Positions 1 through 11,153 of a DNA stretch of 64,000 nucleotides are shown here, piece by piece (position 1 is the stretch's first letter; the number at the start of each line of letters is the position of its first letter). The DNA is taken from assembly GCA_944391715.1 (NCBI GenBank), contig CALXUP010000008.1, positions 1,036 through 65,035 on the forward strand. The letters run 5' to 3'. The position numbers were made by a program, and so were the translations under genes. Origin of the DNA: an uncultured Alphaproteobacteria bacterium (GTDB lineage Bacteria; Pseudomonadota; Alphaproteobacteria; RF32; CAG-239). The notes under the pieces were generated by a model. It was not told where the DNA came from and did no database searches. It was given only the letters and a program-made list of their open reading frames with translations.

Positions 1-185
1 ACTTTCACATTAAAGATTGCTTCAACGGCAGCCTTAACTTCGTCTTTGGTCGCATTCAGCGGAACAAGAAAAGTTACTTTGCCGGCTTCCGATGCAATCA
101 TTGATTTTTCTGTGATTACCGGACGGGTCAATGTATCATACATTTTTGCAGTCACGTTATTGTTTGATTTCTTAGATTTTATCAT
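1..185 (-). CDS. rplW: 50S ribosomal protein L23, N-terminal part (gene runs off the window start)
   Basis: Manual minus-strand translation from the ATG at 183-185 gives MIKSKKSNNNVTAKMYDTLTRPVITEKSMIASEAGKVTFLVPLNATKDEVKAAVEAIFNVKV, which is L23-like. It has an ATGA overlap with the rplD stop and sits after rplD as in the S10 operon. Confidence 0.85.
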   Translation of the reverse strand, partial: MIKSKKSNNNVTAKMYDTLTRPVITEKSMIASEAGKVTFLVPLNATKDEVKAAVEAIFNVK

Positions 186-814
186 TTCAATCTATCCTCC
201 AAGCAAGCAACTGCATCTTTGGTCAAGACCAGTTTGTCTTTTCTCAAGATGTCGTATACATTGGCGCCGATAGTTGGCAATACATCGACTCCAATAATGT
301 TTCTGGATGCCAATGCAAAATTTGTATCAACCTCTTTGCCGTCAATGAACAAGCAGTTCTTCAACCCGCAGCTGTTCAATTTGCCAAGCAAATCTTTCGT
401 TTTCGGAGCTGATAATTTTGCTTCTTCGACAACAATCAGGTTGCCCTCTTTGGCCTTGGCCGAAAGAGCGGTTTTCAAACCAAGCTTTCTAAACTTCTTG
501 GTCAGTTCATGCGAATGGTCACGAACAACCGGACCAAACACAACACCACCTTTTCTAAACTGCGTTCCTTTGTAAGAACCCTGACGGGCACGTCCGCCGC
601 CTTTCTGCTTGAAAGGTTTGGAGCCGGTCAGAGCGACTTCGGAACGACCTTTAGTTTTGTGGTTGCCGCATTGCAGTCTGGCCAACTGCCAAACAACAAC
701 ACGATGCAAGATATCGGCACGAACTTCCAAACCGAAAATAGATTCGTTCAGTTCAATCTGGCCGACACTTTTATTGGTATCTAAACTTAAGATGTCCTGT
801 TTCATATTCTTCAA
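182..814 (-). CDS. rplD: 50S ribosomal protein L4
   Basis: 210-aa ORF with the L4 signature KQKGGGRARQGS...GGVVFGP. Lies between rplC and rplW. Confidence 0.97.
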   Translation of the reverse strand: MKNMKQDILSLDTNKSVGQIELNESIFGLEVRADILHRVVVWQLARLQCGNHKTKGRSEVALTGSKPFKQKGGGRARQGSYKGTQFRKGGVVFGPVVRDHSHELTKKFRKLGLKTALSAKAKEGNLIVVEEAKLSAPKTKDLLGKLNSCGLKNCLFIDGKEVDTNFALASRNIIGVDVLPTIGANVYDILRKDKLVLTKDAVACLEDRLK

Positions 815-824
815 TCCTTATCGC

Positions 825-1547
825 TTATGCATTTTCGGCCGGAGTTTCAGCCTGAGCTGCAACAGGTTCATCAACTTTTTTCAATCCTGCAGGCATCGGC
901 AATTCGACCTTGCTCGGGATTTTAACGGCATCGGTAACATATACCCAGGCATTTTCGCCGCCCGGTACGCCGCCTTTAACCATCAGCAACCCTCTGGCTG
1001 CATCCGTAGCGACAACTTTCAAATTTTGAACGGTTACGCGCTCGTCACCCATATGGCCGGCCATTTTCTTGCCTTTGAATACCTTACCGGGATCTTGTCT
1101 TTGTCCTGTAGAACCATGAGAACGGTGAGAAATAGATACACCGTGAGTTGCTTCCAAACCGGCAAAGTTATGACGTTTCATAACACCGGCAAAGCCTTTA
1201 CCTTTAGAAGTGCTGCAAACGTCAACATATTGACCGGCAACAAAATGTTCTACAGATAATTCATCTCCGACAGAAAGCAGGCAGTCTTCAGAAACTCTGA
1301 ACTCCGCCAGTTTTTTCTTCGGTTCAACATTAGCTTTGGCAAAATGTCCCTTCAGAGGTTTGGATACATTTTTAGCCTTAATGGCGCCGGTACCGAGTTG
1401 TACGGCAGTATATCCGTCTCTTTCTTTCGTTTTAACATCAACGACTTTCAAGTCTTCGACGCTGAGAACCGTTACCGGAACATGAGTTCCGTCGCTCTCA
1501 AAAATACGAGACATTCCAAGCTTTTTTGCGATTAGACCCGTACGCAT
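825..1547 (-). CDS. rplC: 50S ribosomal protein L3
   Basis: 240-aa ORF starting [16 protein letters not shown] and containing [13 protein letters not shown]...[24 protein letters not shown], typical of L3. Confidence 0.97.
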   Translation of the reverse strand: MRTGLIAKKLGMSRIFESDGTHVPVTVLSVEDLKVVDVKTKERDGYTAVQLGTGAIKAKNVSKPLKGHFAKANVEPKKKLAEFRVSEDCLLSVGDELSVEHFVAGQYVDVCSTSKGKGFAGVMKRHNFAGLEATHGVSISHRSHGSTGQRQDPGKVFKGKKMAGHMGDERVTVQNLKVVATDAARGLLMVKGGVPGGENAWVYVTDAVKIPSKVELPMPAGLKKVDEPVAAQAETPAENA

Positions 1548-1613
1548 TATTATATTTTTCCTTTTCTTAATAGGTTGACCATTCTCAATTGAAAAGCCAA
1601 CATTAATTTATAA

Positions 1614-1925
1614 CTACAATTTGATCTCAACATTAACACCGGCAGCCAGATCCAGTTTCATCAAAGCATCTACGGTTTGCGGTGTCGGATCGACAATATC
1701 AAGAAGTCTTTTATGAGTACGGATTTCGAACTGCTCACGGGATTTCTTGTCAACGTGCGGAGAACGGTTTACCGTAAACTTCTCAATTCTGGTCGGCAGG
1801 GGGATCGGCCCTCTGACATTAGCCCCGGTTCTTTTGGCCGTATGCACGATTTCTTTGGTAGACAAGTCAAGCAAACGGTGGTCAAAAGCCTTGAGGCGAA
1901 TTCTGATATTCTGTGTTTCCATCAT
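1614..1925 (-). CDS. rpsJ: 30S ribosomal protein S10
   Basis: 103-aa ORF with [16 protein letters not shown]...[21 protein letters not shown], a canonical S10. Confidence 0.97.
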   Translation of the reverse strand: MMETQNIRIRLKAFDHRLLDLSTKEIVHTAKRTGANVRGPIPLPTRIEKFTVNRSPHVDKKSREQFEIRTHKRLLDIVDPTPQTVDALMKLDLAAGVNVEIKL

Positions 1926-2331
1926 TTTTAATTTTTACCTTATAACTAGACGGCAACAGATTCGGTTATCTTATCCTTGCCATCTAAGAATTAAACTCAG
2001 CAAACCCTTGTTTCTCAATGGTTTGCGCTATGTTTTATATCCTCGCTGCCAGACAGATTCCACCTGTCTCACAGCTACTGTGCGCCTTTTGTAACATAGA
2101 CAAATTCTAAATGCAAGCAAAAAAATCAATTTTTTTCATTTTTTATACAAGAGTATATCACCGACTCAGACTCTTTTTGAGTCAGGTTGACAAATTTTAA
2201 AATACCGAGTCTAAAATCAAATTTCTGTTTCAATTATTGCCAGAATCCCCAAAACAGCATTTAATTATTGTAAGTCGGGATATTATTAAACCAAAGGGCT
2301 CCGAATATTCACTATTCAGAGCCCTTCAAAT

Positions 2332-3048
2332 TCAGACAACTTCGGCAAAGTCCTGCAAATTGCAAAACATCTCCGGAGAAGCAGGAAACCAGCTTGACGC
2401 GGGGATCCGTTTTTCGCAAACCTCACGCCAATATGCATCGCATTCCTCCTGGTTTATCCGGCGATATCCTTCTTTGTCGCGAATAAACAACACGTCTTTT
2501 TCACACGATGTTCCCCCCTGAGCCGTCAAAGAAATCTTTAATATGCCGTCATCATATTGCAGCGAAGAAATATGAACCTCCCGGTCGCTTCCAAGACTTG
2601 AAGAAACATCATCATATCTGCCGTCATCTGACAGCATATACACATTCCAGTTTTCCCCGACGTCATTTTGCACGTCTTCAAAGCAAATTTTTCCGTCTTC
2701 ATTAAGCCTGCGGGTTTCTCCAAGCCAGGCAACGGCAAAATCGGTCTGTCCCAACATTTGTATTTTATAAGGAAACAATTTTTTTCCAAACACGTCGGCA
2801 TACAATTTCCGTCCTCCGTCCGGCTCCGTTTTTACCGCAAAATAATACGGCTGAAAGATGCTCCGCTCAATTACAAAAATTTCAATATAATCATTTTTAT
2901 AACTTGGCTCAATCTCCCGGATTAAAAGTTTTCTGTTTCCGGAAAAAGACGCATCTTCTCTGTTATCACTGACAGGCTTGGTCTTAAAAAACCGAAAGTC
3001 CTCAGTCATAAAAGCATTTGCATTTGTCAAAAATTTCAATATTTTCAT
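2332..3048 (-). CDS. hypothetical protein (238 aa), lineage-specific insertion between tuf and rpsJ
   Basis: Long ORF with no motif I recognise. Same strand as its neighbours. Confidence 0.55.
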   Translation of the reverse strand: MKILKFLTNANAFMTEDFRFFKTKPVSDNREDASFSGNRKLLIREIEPSYKNDYIEIFVIERSIFQPYYFAVKTEPDGGRKLYADVFGKKLFPYKIQMLGQTDFAVAWLGETRRLNEDGKICFEDVQNDVGENWNVYMLSDDGRYDDVSSSLGSDREVHISSLQYDDGILKISLTAQGGTSCEKDVLFIRDKEGYRRINQEECDAYWREVCEKRIPASSWFPASPEMFCNLQDFAEVV

Positions 3049-3177
3049 ATCAATAATAATTAAAAATTATATTTAATAATAATTACAAAACCCGAAAAAC
3101 ATAGCACAGGAACCGGCATTGTCAATAATAAAGTTCCCCTTTTCATTAGACTTTCTCCCGCAACATCTTTTCTCTCC

Positions 3178-3214
3178 GCAAAAAAATCCGGCTTCCGCAA
3201 CAAGGAAACCGGAT
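3178..3214 (-). terminator. intrinsic terminator after the EF-Tu-like ORF
   Basis: 11-bp stem atccggcttcc (3186-3196) / ggaaaccggat (3204-3214), followed on the minus strand by a T-run (complement of the A-run at 3178-3185). Confidence 0.65.
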
Positions 3215-3229
3215 TTAAAACGATAAGGA

Positions 3230-3775
3230 CTAAAGTTCAGCGATTTTTCCTCGCAAGAGCTCTTTTCCTTTGTCAAAAATAATAACCTCAAAACCAGGTT
3301 GAAACCAAACAGGATAAAGCAAATCAACAATTATTTTACCCTCCGATATTTCAACCCCGCCAATCATATCAAAATCCAAATCAACAATCTTGACCGTTTC
3401 ATAACTCAGAGCTTCAAAAATTGGCTTCAAATTCTCCAAATCATTTTCAGGAAGCTGAACAGACAAGCAAAATCTTGATAAAATCCTGGTCCCTTCCCGA
3501 AACATAAACGATGCGCCCCTGATTTTACAATAAGCTTTGCCGTCAAAAAAAACAAAAACCTCATCTCCGGCGCACACCTTATCAACCATTTTAATGGTAG
3601 AACCACTTCCTTGCAGTGCCACTCCCCGGCAATGAGTTTTAACTAATTCCGAACCGACGCAAAACAACACGTCTTCCCCGGCGGACAAACTGCCGACAAG
3701 TACTTTTCCCAAAACGGCACAGCCCAAATTTCGGAGCTCACACTGTTTAACTCTTACACATAATTCTTCTGTCAT
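3230..3775 (-). CDS. EF-Tu domain II/III-like protein lacking a G domain (181 aa)
   Basis: By-eye alignment to the C-terminal half of the adjacent EF-Tu: GKVLVGSLSAGEDV vs [30 protein letters not shown] vs [16 protein letters not shown], and PGFEVIIFDKGKELLRGKIAEL vs [22 protein letters not shown]. Confidence 0.6.
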   Translation of the reverse strand: MTEELCVRVKQCELRNLGCAVLGKVLVGSLSAGEDVLFCVGSELVKTHCRGVALQGSGSTIKMVDKVCAGDEVFVFFDGKAYCKIRGASFMFREGTRILSRFCLSVQLPENDLENLKPIFEALSYETVKIVDLDFDMIGGVEISEGKIIVDLLYPVWFQPGFEVIIFDKGKELLRGKIAEL

Positions 3776-3894
3776 AATAAACTAAATTTAATAATACTTT
3801 TAGAACAGCACTTATACACCAATTCTCAAAAAATACAAGCCGGTATTCAAAATTTAACGCACAAAAAGCTTTGCCCATCAGCAAAGAAAGAAAA

Positions 3895-3950
3895 CAAACA
3901 AAGAAAAAGCTGAGAACTTTTGTACTAATCCGTACTTCCGCTCTCAGCTT
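3895..3950 (-). terminator. intrinsic terminator downstream of tuf
   Basis: Stem agctgaga (3908-3915) / tctcagct (3942-3949) with an inner gtac/gtac pairing. A T-rich tract follows on the minus strand. Confidence 0.5.
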
Positions 3951-3976
3951 TCTCTTATTTTTTGCGAATATCGATC

Positions 3977-5167
3977 TTACTTAATAATCTTCGATACAAC
4001 GCCGGCTCCGACCGTTCTGCCTCCTTCTCGAATAGCAAAACGCAAGCCTTCATTCATCGCAATCGGGTGAATCAACGTCGCTGTCATCCGAATGTTATCT
4101 CCGGGCATAACCATCTCTGTCCCTTCCGGCAACTCTATCGAACCGGTGACGTCTGTCGTTCTGAAATAGAACTGCGGACGATAGTTACTGAAGAACGGTG
4201 TATGACGGCCGCCTTCTTCTTTCGTCAGAATATAGCATTCACAGGTAAACGTTGTATGCGGTGTGATTGTTCCCGGTGCTGCCAATACCTGACCGCGCTC
4301 GACTTCTTCTCTCTTCGTTCCGCGAAGCAATACACCGATGTTGTCTCCAGCCTCTCCTTCATCCAACAACTTACGGAACATTTCAATTCCGGTACACGTT
4401 GTCTTCTGTGTCGGTTTAATACCTACGATTTCGATTTCATCGCCGACTTTCAATACGCCGCGTTCTACACGTCCCGTGACTACCGTACCACGGCCTGAAA
4501 TCGAAAAGACGTCTTCTATCGGCATCAGGAACGGTTTGTCTTTCGGACGATCCGGCTGCGGAATATAATCATCTACTGCCTTCATCAATTCTACTATCGA
4601 ATCATGTCCGATTTTCGGATCGCCGTTTTCCAATACTGCCAAAGCAGAACCTTTTATAATCGGAATCTCGTCTCCGGGGAAATCATAGGATTTCAACAAA
4701 TCACGAATTTCCATCTCTACCAATTCCAACAATTCAGGATCATCTACCTGGTCTACTTTGTTCATATAAACGACCAACGCCGGTACGCCTACCTGACGGG
4801 CCAACAAAATATGTTCACGGGTTTGCGGCATCGGACCGTCAGCTGCACTTACTACCAAAATTGCTCCGTCCATCTGCGCTGCACCAGTAATCATGTTCTT
4901 TACATAGTCCGCGTGTCCCGGGCAGTCTACGTGGGCATAGTGACGTTTCGGTGTTTCATATTCTACGTGTGATGTAGAAATCGTAATTCCGCGGGCTTTC
5001 TCTTCCGGCGCTTTATCAATTTGATCATACGCTGTAAAGTTGGCTCCGCCTTCTTCCGCCAATACCTTCGTGATTGCTGCTGTCAATGTCGTCTTACCAT
5101 GGTCTACGTGACCAATCGTTCCGATATTGCAGTGCGGTTTCGTCCGCTCAAACTTCTCTTTTGCCAT
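3977..5167 (-). CDS. tuf: elongation factor Tu
   Basis: 396-aa ORF with [18 protein letters not shown] and NKVD motifs. Full-length EF-Tu. Confidence 0.99.
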   Translation of the reverse strand: MAKEKFERTKPHCNIGTIGHVDHGKTTLTAAITKVLAEEGGANFTAYDQIDKAPEEKARGITISTSHVEYETPKRHYAHVDCPGHADYVKNMITGAAQMDGAILVVSAADGPMPQTREHILLARQVGVPALVVYMNKVDQVDDPELLELVEMEIRDLLKSYDFPGDEIPIIKGSALAVLENGDPKIGHDSIVELMKAVDDYIPQPDRPKDKPFLMPIEDVFSISGRGTVVTGRVERGVLKVGDEIEIVGIKPTQKTTCTGIEMFRKLLDEGEAGDNIGVLLRGTKREEVERGQVLAAPGTITPHTTFTCECYILTKEEGGRHTPFFSNYRPQFYFRTTDVTGSIELPEGTEMVMPGDNIRMTATLIHPIAMNEGLRFAIREGGRTVGAGVVSKIIK

Positions 5168-5339
5168 TTAGATTTACTCCAAATAAAAAATTATATATTA
5201 AAATAAATTTAGTATTTTTCACTTTTAAGATGGAAAGTAAAGTGGTTTTCAGTGGCGGTAAAAATTTTAGTGCACACAAACATACATAAATTTTTACCAA
5301 CCACGTAAAACCGCTTTAAATTTCCCTTAAAATGGGAAA

Positions 5340-7415
5340 TTACGCATTTTTTGCCTTCACCTTCTCAGCCACTTCTCTCGGTACTTCGGCATAATGATCG
5401 AAGACCATGGTAAACTGAGCACGTCCTTGAGACAAAGAACGCAACGTATTTACATAACCGAACATATTGGCCAGAGGAACACTCGCATCAACAACGCGGG
5501 CATTGGCTCTCTGATCCATACCGCTCACCAAACCGCGGCGGGAGTTCAGGTCACCGATAATATCACCCATATATTCTTCAGGGGTAACAACTTCAACCTT
5601 CATAATCGGCTCCAACAGTCTCGGCTCTGCCTGACGCATACCTTCGCGAAAAGCAGCGCGGGCAGCAATTTCAAAGCACATAACGTTAGAGTCGACTTCG
5701 TGATATGCACCGTCATAAAGGTTTGCTTTAACACCGGTTACCGGATATCCGGCCAATACACCGGCATCCATTGCGGAACGCAGACCTTTTTCAACACCCG
5801 GAATATACTCTTTCGGAACGTTACCACCGACAACAGTATTTTCAAACTCAAAACCGTTATAACCTTCAATCGGTTCAAATCTGATTTTGACTTTCGCAAA
5901 CTGTCCTGCACCGCCGGACTGTTTCTTGTGGGTATATTCGATATCACAAGGCTTGGTAATGGTTTCGCGATAAGCAACCTGCGGTTCACCGACATTAGCC
6001 TCGACTTTGAATTCACGGCGCAGACGGTCAACAATAATATCAAGGTGCAATTCACCCATACCTTTAATGATGGTCTGTCCGGAATCCGGATCGGAAGAAA
6101 CTTTGAAAGACGGATCTTCCATGGCCAGACGAGACAAAGCCAACCCCATTTTTTCAATATCGGCTTTGGTTTTCGGTTCAACGGCCAGCTCAATAACCGG
6201 ATCCGGAAATTCCATATTTTCCAAAACAATCGGATGAGCCTGATCGCACAAAGTATCACCGGTTGTGGTATCTTTCAAACCAGCCAAAGCAACGATATCA
6301 CCGGCATTAGCCTCTTTAAGTTCTTCACGCTTATTGGCATGCATCAAAAGCATACGGCCGACGCGTTCCTTTTTGTCTTTTACCGAATTGTAAATATAAG
6401 AACCAGCAGACATAGTACCGGAATAAATACGGGTAAAAGTCAAAGAACCGACAAACGGGTCGTTCATAATCTTAAAGGCCAAAGCAGACAACGGCTCGCT
6501 GTCAGACGGCTTACGGCTGATAACTTCATCCGTTCCCGGTTTAACGCCTTCAACGGCAGGAATGTCAACCGGAGACGGCAAAAAGTCAATAACGGCATCC
6601 AACAACGGCTGAACACCTTTGTTTTTAAAAGCCGTTCCGCACAAAACCGGAACAAAGTCTTGAGAAATCGTACCTTTACGGATACATTTCTTCAAAGTCT
6701 CAATAGAAACTTCCTTGCCTTCCAGATAATCTTCCATTGCCTGTTCGTCTTCTTCAACAGCCATTTCAATCAGCTGATGATGATATTCTTCGGCTCTGTC
6801 TTTCAGTTCGGCAGGAATTTCGGTAACATCAATCGGAGAGTCGGGATCATCGCCGGTATAAATAACGGCTTTCATCGCAATCAAATCAATAATACCCTTG
6901 AAAGAGGCTTCAGCACCGATTGGCAACTGAATAGCCATCGGACGGGCCCCCAGACGATCTTTGATCATCTCCAGGCAGCGATAGAAATTTGCACCGATAC
7001 GATCCATTTTATTGCAGAAACAAATACGGGGAACACCGTACTTATCTGCCTGTCTCCAAACGGTTTCGGACTGAGGTTCAACACCGGCAACCGAATCAAA
7101 TACGGTTATGGCGCCGTCCAAAACGCGCAAAGAACGCTCAACTTCAACGGTAAAGTCCACGTGACCCGGCGTGTCAATAATATTAATACGATGATTTTTC
7201 CAAAAACAGGTGGTTGCCGCAGAAGTAATGGTAATACCGCGTTCCTGTTCCTGTTCCATCCAGTCCATAGTGGCTGCACCGTCATGAGTTTCGCCGATTT
7301 TATGGTTTTGACCGGTATAATACAAAATACGTTCGGTAGTCGTTGTTTTACCGGCATCAATATGAGCCATAATACCGATGTTTCTGTACATTTCCAATTT
7401 ATGTGTACGAGCCAT
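5340..7415 (-). CDS. fusA: elongation factor G
   Basis: 691-aa ORF with [20 protein letters not shown] and NKMD motifs. str operon context. Confidence 0.99.
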   Translation of the reverse strand: MARTHKLEMYRNIGIMAHIDAGKTTTTERILYYTGQNHKIGETHDGAATMDWMEQEQERGITITSAATTCFWKNHRINIIDTPGHVDFTVEVERSLRVLDGAITVFDSVAGVEPQSETVWRQADKYGVPRICFCNKMDRIGANFYRCLEMIKDRLGARPMAIQLPIGAEASFKGIIDLIAMKAVIYTGDDPDSPIDVTEIPAELKDRAEEYHHQLIEMAVEEDEQAMEDYLEGKEVSIETLKKCIRKGTISQDFVPVLCGTAFKNKGVQPLLDAVIDFLPSPVDIPAVEGVKPGTDEVISRKPSDSEPLSALAFKIMNDPFVGSLTFTRIYSGTMSAGSYIYNSVKDKKERVGRMLLMHANKREELKEANAGDIVALAGLKDTTTGDTLCDQAHPIVLENMEFPDPVIELAVEPKTKADIEKMGLALSRLAMEDPSFKVSSDPDSGQTIIKGMGELHLDIIVDRLRREFKVEANVGEPQVAYRETITKPCDIEYTHKKQSGGAGQFAKVKIRFEPIEGYNGFEFENTVVGGNVPKEYIPGVEKGLRSAMDAGVLAGYPVTGVKANLYDGAYHEVDSNVMCFEIAARAAFREGMRQAEPRLLEPIMKVEVVTPEEYMGDIIGDLNSRRGLVSGMDQRANARVVDASVPLANMFGYVNTLRSLSQGRAQFTMVFDHYAEVPREVAEKVKAKNA

Positions 7416-7433
7416 TGTTTTTTATCCCCTGTA

Positions 7434-7907
<474 letters not shown>

Positions 7908-7916
7908 TCATTTCTC

Positions 7917-8288
7917 CTATTTAGGTCTCTTTGCGCCGTACAGAGAACGACGTTGACGACGTTTGGCAACACCTTGGGTATCCAAAGTACCGCGGATGAT
8001 ATGATAACGAACACCAGGCAAGTCTTTTACACGGCCTCCTCTAATCAGCACCACTGAGTGTTCTTGCAGGTTGTGACCTTCACCAGGGATATAGCTGATT
8101 ACTTCAAAGCCGTTTGTCAAGCGGATACGTGCCACTTTACGCAACGCAGAGTTCGGTTTTTTCGGGGTTGTAGTATAAACCCTCGTGCAAACACCGCGTT
8201 TTTGTGGACAAGCTTTCAAAGCCGGAACTTTGTTTCTTTTCACTTTGGGTGTTCGTGATTTACGAATTAACTGATTAATTGTAGGCAT
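7917..8288 (-). CDS. rpsL: 30S ribosomal protein S12
   Basis: I place the start at the internal ATG (8286-8288), giving [10 protein letters not shown]..., the canonical S12 N-terminus. The track ORF extends 19 codons further upstream. Confidence 0.95.
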   Translation of the reverse strand: MPTINQLIRKSRTPKVKRNKVPALKACPQKRGVCTRVYTTTPKKPNSALRKVARIRLTNGFEVISYIPGEGHNLQEHSVVLIRGGRVKDLPGVRYHIIRGTLDTQGVAKRRQRRSLYGAKRPK

Positions 8289-8690
8289 CACTAATTTCCT
8301 TAAATTAAATAAAATTAAACTTCTCGCCTGAGAGTTTCCGGGCACACTGAACCCTTCGTTCTCAAATGAGTCTCGGCATACTAGAATCAGTTCCCCCGAA
8401 AGTCAACCCCATTTTTGCAATTTTTTTACATTTGAGTCTAAAAAGCATTTACCTTTGCTTAACCTTTGAGCACTTCCGAGTCGGGAAGGTATTGAAAAGA
8501 GTCGGGAAGAAAAATTTTCATTTTGGGCAGCTGTAAAAAATTTTTGAGTCAAATTGAGTCTATAAAAATCGGGATTTTCTCAGTCATTCTGGTCTGTTTT
8601 TTGCATAACGAACAAAAATATCTTGCAATCTCCGGCATAAAATAATACCCTCGCAGTCATAATGCAACATAAATAAAGGACTGTAAAATT

Positions 8691-9650
8691 ATGACACAAG
8701 AAGAGGATCTGCTGTCGGCCCGACGCACCATCGAGAAAGAAATTGACGCATTAAAAGTGCTGGAAAACGAAATCAGCGACAGTCTTTCTGCGGCTCTTGA
8801 CCTGATGCAAAACACCAAAGGCCGCGTAATCGTTACCGGCATGGGAAAATCCGGCCACATCGGAAGCAAAATTGCCGCAACGCTCGCCTCCACCGGAACA
8901 CCGTCCTTTTTTGTACATCCGGGAGAAGCCAGCCACGGCGACTTGGGAATGTTGACTGAGGAAGATGTCGTCATTGCCATTTCTAACTCCGGCGAGACCA
9001 AAGAACTTTCCGACATCATCCTTTATTGCAAACGTTACGGCATTCCGTTGATTGCCATAACCAAAAATCCGCAAAGCGCTTTGGGAAAAGCCGGCGATAT
9101 TGTTCTCAAACTTCCGGACAACGGCGAGGCTTGTCCGCTCGGGCTGGCACCGACTTCTTCCACAACGGCAACTTTGGTTTTGGGCGATATTCTGGCCATT
9201 GCTCTGCTTGAACGCAAAGGTTTTACCAAAACGGACTTCCGCCAGCGGCATCCGGGCGGCAAACTCGGTGCATTTTTGCAAAAAGTTGCCGATCTGATGC
9301 ACAAAGGCGATGAAATTCCGCTGATTCCGGATACGGCCTCCATGCAGGAAGCTTTGCTGACCATGACATCCAAAATGCTCGGCTGTGTCGGCATCATAAA
9401 CAGCAGCGGCTGTCTGGAAGGCATCATTACCGACGGAGACTTGCGCCGCTGTATGAGCGCCGATATTTTCAATAAAAAAGCCTCCGAAATCATGACACGC
9501 AATCCCAAAACGGTTGACGGCGATCTTCTGGTAGCCGAAGCCCTTAAAATGATGAACGAAAAACACATCACCCAGCTTTTTGTCTTAAAAGACCAAAAAC
9601 CCATCGGCATTTTGCATATGCATGACTGCCTGCGTATCGGAGTGGCATAA
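8691..9650 (+). CDS. kdsD: arabinose-5-phosphate isomerase (KpsF/GutQ family: SIS domain plus two CBS domains)
   Basis: 319 aa with VTGMGKSGHIG, SNSGET and a C-terminal CBS pair. Followed by lptC-lptA-lptB. Confidence 0.9.
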   Translation: MTQEEDLLSARRTIEKEIDALKVLENEISDSLSAALDLMQNTKGRVIVTGMGKSGHIGSKIAATLASTGTPSFFVHPGEASHGDLGMLTEEDVVIAISNSGETKELSDIILYCKRYGIPLIAITKNPQSALGKAGDIVLKLPDNGEACPLGLAPTSSTTATLVLGDILAIALLERKGFTKTDFRQRHPGGKLGAFLQKVADLMHKGDEIPLIPDTASMQEALLTMTSKMLGCVGIINSSGCLEGIITDGDLRRCMSADIFNKKASEIMTRNPKTVDGDLLVAEALKMMNEKHITQLFVLKDQKPIGILHMHDCLRIGVA

Positions 9651-10326
9651 CTTGTCAGACACACAAAAACTGGATAAATACTTTTATCAGGATACCGCTG
9701 TTCCGGCTCGCCCGAAAAGCGCTGAGAATAGACATACCCGTTTGATTCGACTTGCAAAACTTTTGTTGCCTGGAACAGCCGCACTGTTAATAAGCCTCCT
9801 GCTCATTTTTCCAAACCTGAAACAGCAGGCTTATGACATCAGATTAGATATCACTCGTCCCAAAAGCGGCGAACTGGAAAAGCTCCATATGGAAAAGACC
9901 ACTTTCTATATCACGGACAAAAACAACCGGGTAACTAACCTGACGGCTACCAATATCGACGAAACCTCGCCTGGCTCAAAACTGATAAAACTAAACCGTC
10001 CGGAAGGCATTATCCCAAACAGCGATACAACCTGGATCAACATCAAATCACCGACCGGATTTTTTAACCAGACCGAAAATATTTTAAGATTAACCGACGG
10101 CGTAGAAATGTTTTACAGCGACGGAATGACGGTCAACACGTTTGAAGCAGAATTCAATTTCGCAACATCTGTCGGCAGCGGCCGCAGCCATGTAAGCGGT
10201 CAGGGAATATTCGGAGACATAGAAGCCGAAGGCTTTGACTTGTATAACAAAACCGGTGTTCTGGTCTTCATTGGTCCGGCAGATTTAAAAATCAGAGAAG
10301 AAAGTTTTAAATCGGAGAAACAATAA
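9622..10326 (+). CDS. lptC: LPS export protein LptC (start uncertain; an alternative TTG lies at 9652)
   Basis: N-terminal membrane anchor (LLLPGTAALLISLLLIFPNL) followed by a beta-rich periplasmic domain. Lies between kdsD and lptA. Confidence 0.75.
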   Translation: MTACVSEWHNLSDTQKLDKYFYQDTAVPARPKSAENRHTRLIRLAKLLLPGTAALLISLLLIFPNLKQQAYDIRLDITRPKSGELEKLHMEKTTFYITDKNNRVTNLTATNIDETSPGSKLIKLNRPEGIIPNSDTTWINIKSPTGFFNQTENILRLTDGVEMFYSDGMTVNTFEAEFNFATSVGSGRSHVSGQGIFGDIEAEGFDLYNKTGVLVFIGPADLKIREESFKSEKQ

Positions 10327-11153
10327 TGCACAAACTATTATCTTTCACGGCCGTCTTAAGCATTCTGTTCTTTGCCCCGGCTGCAACAGCCGAAGAAATC
10401 AACATCCACGCCGATAACAAAGTGGAATGGCATTCAAAAGAACAAAAGATGGTAGCTGTCGGCAATGCCGTCGCCAGCAAAAAAGATATGAGCATTCGGG
10501 CGCAGGAACTGACGGCCTATTATCAAAAAGTTCCGTCAACCGGCAAACAGCAAATTTCCAAAGTCCTTGCCAAAGATAACGTCATTATGAAATCGGGACA
10601 GTCCTCCGCTTACGGAGACAATATGGACTATGACCTGATTGCCGACAAAGCCGTTTTGCGGGGCCGACCGGCAAAAGTAAAAACCGAAACGGACACCATT
10701 ACGGCCGAAGAGCATATTACTTATTATCCGTCACAGCAAAAAGCCGTCGCGGAAGGCAATGTTTTTGCCACCAACGGCGAAAGCAAAATTTACTCAGACA
10801 GTATGATTGCTTATTTTGAAAAAGACGCTGCCGGAAAAACAGCCATAAAGCAAGTTAAAGTTTTCGGAAACGTAAAAATATTAACCAAAGACGGAACAGT
10901 TTGGGCCGACCGGGGAACCTATTTGCCCAAACAGGGACTGATCAAGCTCTATGACAATATTACGCTGGATCAAAACGGCAACAAATTGCACGGCGACCTG
11001 GCCGAAACAGATTTAAACACCGGCATCAGTAAAATGTTAACGGCTCCCGGCACCAAAAAACGCGTTACCGGCGTCTTTATAGAAAAATCCAAAGAAAAAG
11101 ACAATAAAAAAACATCAACCCCGGCGGCGGAGGAAAAAAAGGATGCCCAATAA
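10326..11153 (+). CDS. lptA: LPS export periplasmic protein LptA (OstA-like)
   Basis: Signal peptide (FFAPAATAEE) and an OstA-like repetitive beta-jellyroll sequence. TAATG overlap with lptC, upstream of lptB. Confidence 0.85.
   Translation: MHKLLSFTAVLSILFFAPAATAEEINIHADNKVEWHSKEQKMVAVGNAVASKKDMSIRAQELTAYYQKVPSTGKQQISKVLAKDNVIMKSGQSSAYGDNMDYDLIADKAVLRGRPAKVKTETDTITAEEHITYYPSQQKAVAEGNVFATNGESKIYSDSMIAYFEKDAAGKTAIKQVKVFGNVKILTKDGTVWADRGTYLPKQGLIKLYDNITLDQNGNKLHGDLAETDLNTGISKMLTAPGTKKRVTGVFIEKSKEKDNKKTSTPAAEEKKDAQ

Noticed and set aside
7917-8345. 19-codon N-terminal extension of the rpsL ORF ([19 protein letters not shown]...)
   Set aside because: The canonical S12 N-terminus [10 protein letters not shown] starts at the internal ATG (8286-8288). 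The extension is non-conserved upstream sequence.
8751-9784. Minus-strand ORFs 8751-9566 and 9035-9784 overlapping kdsD
   Set aside because: They are antisense to a clear KpsF/GutQ gene. No motifs or RBS.
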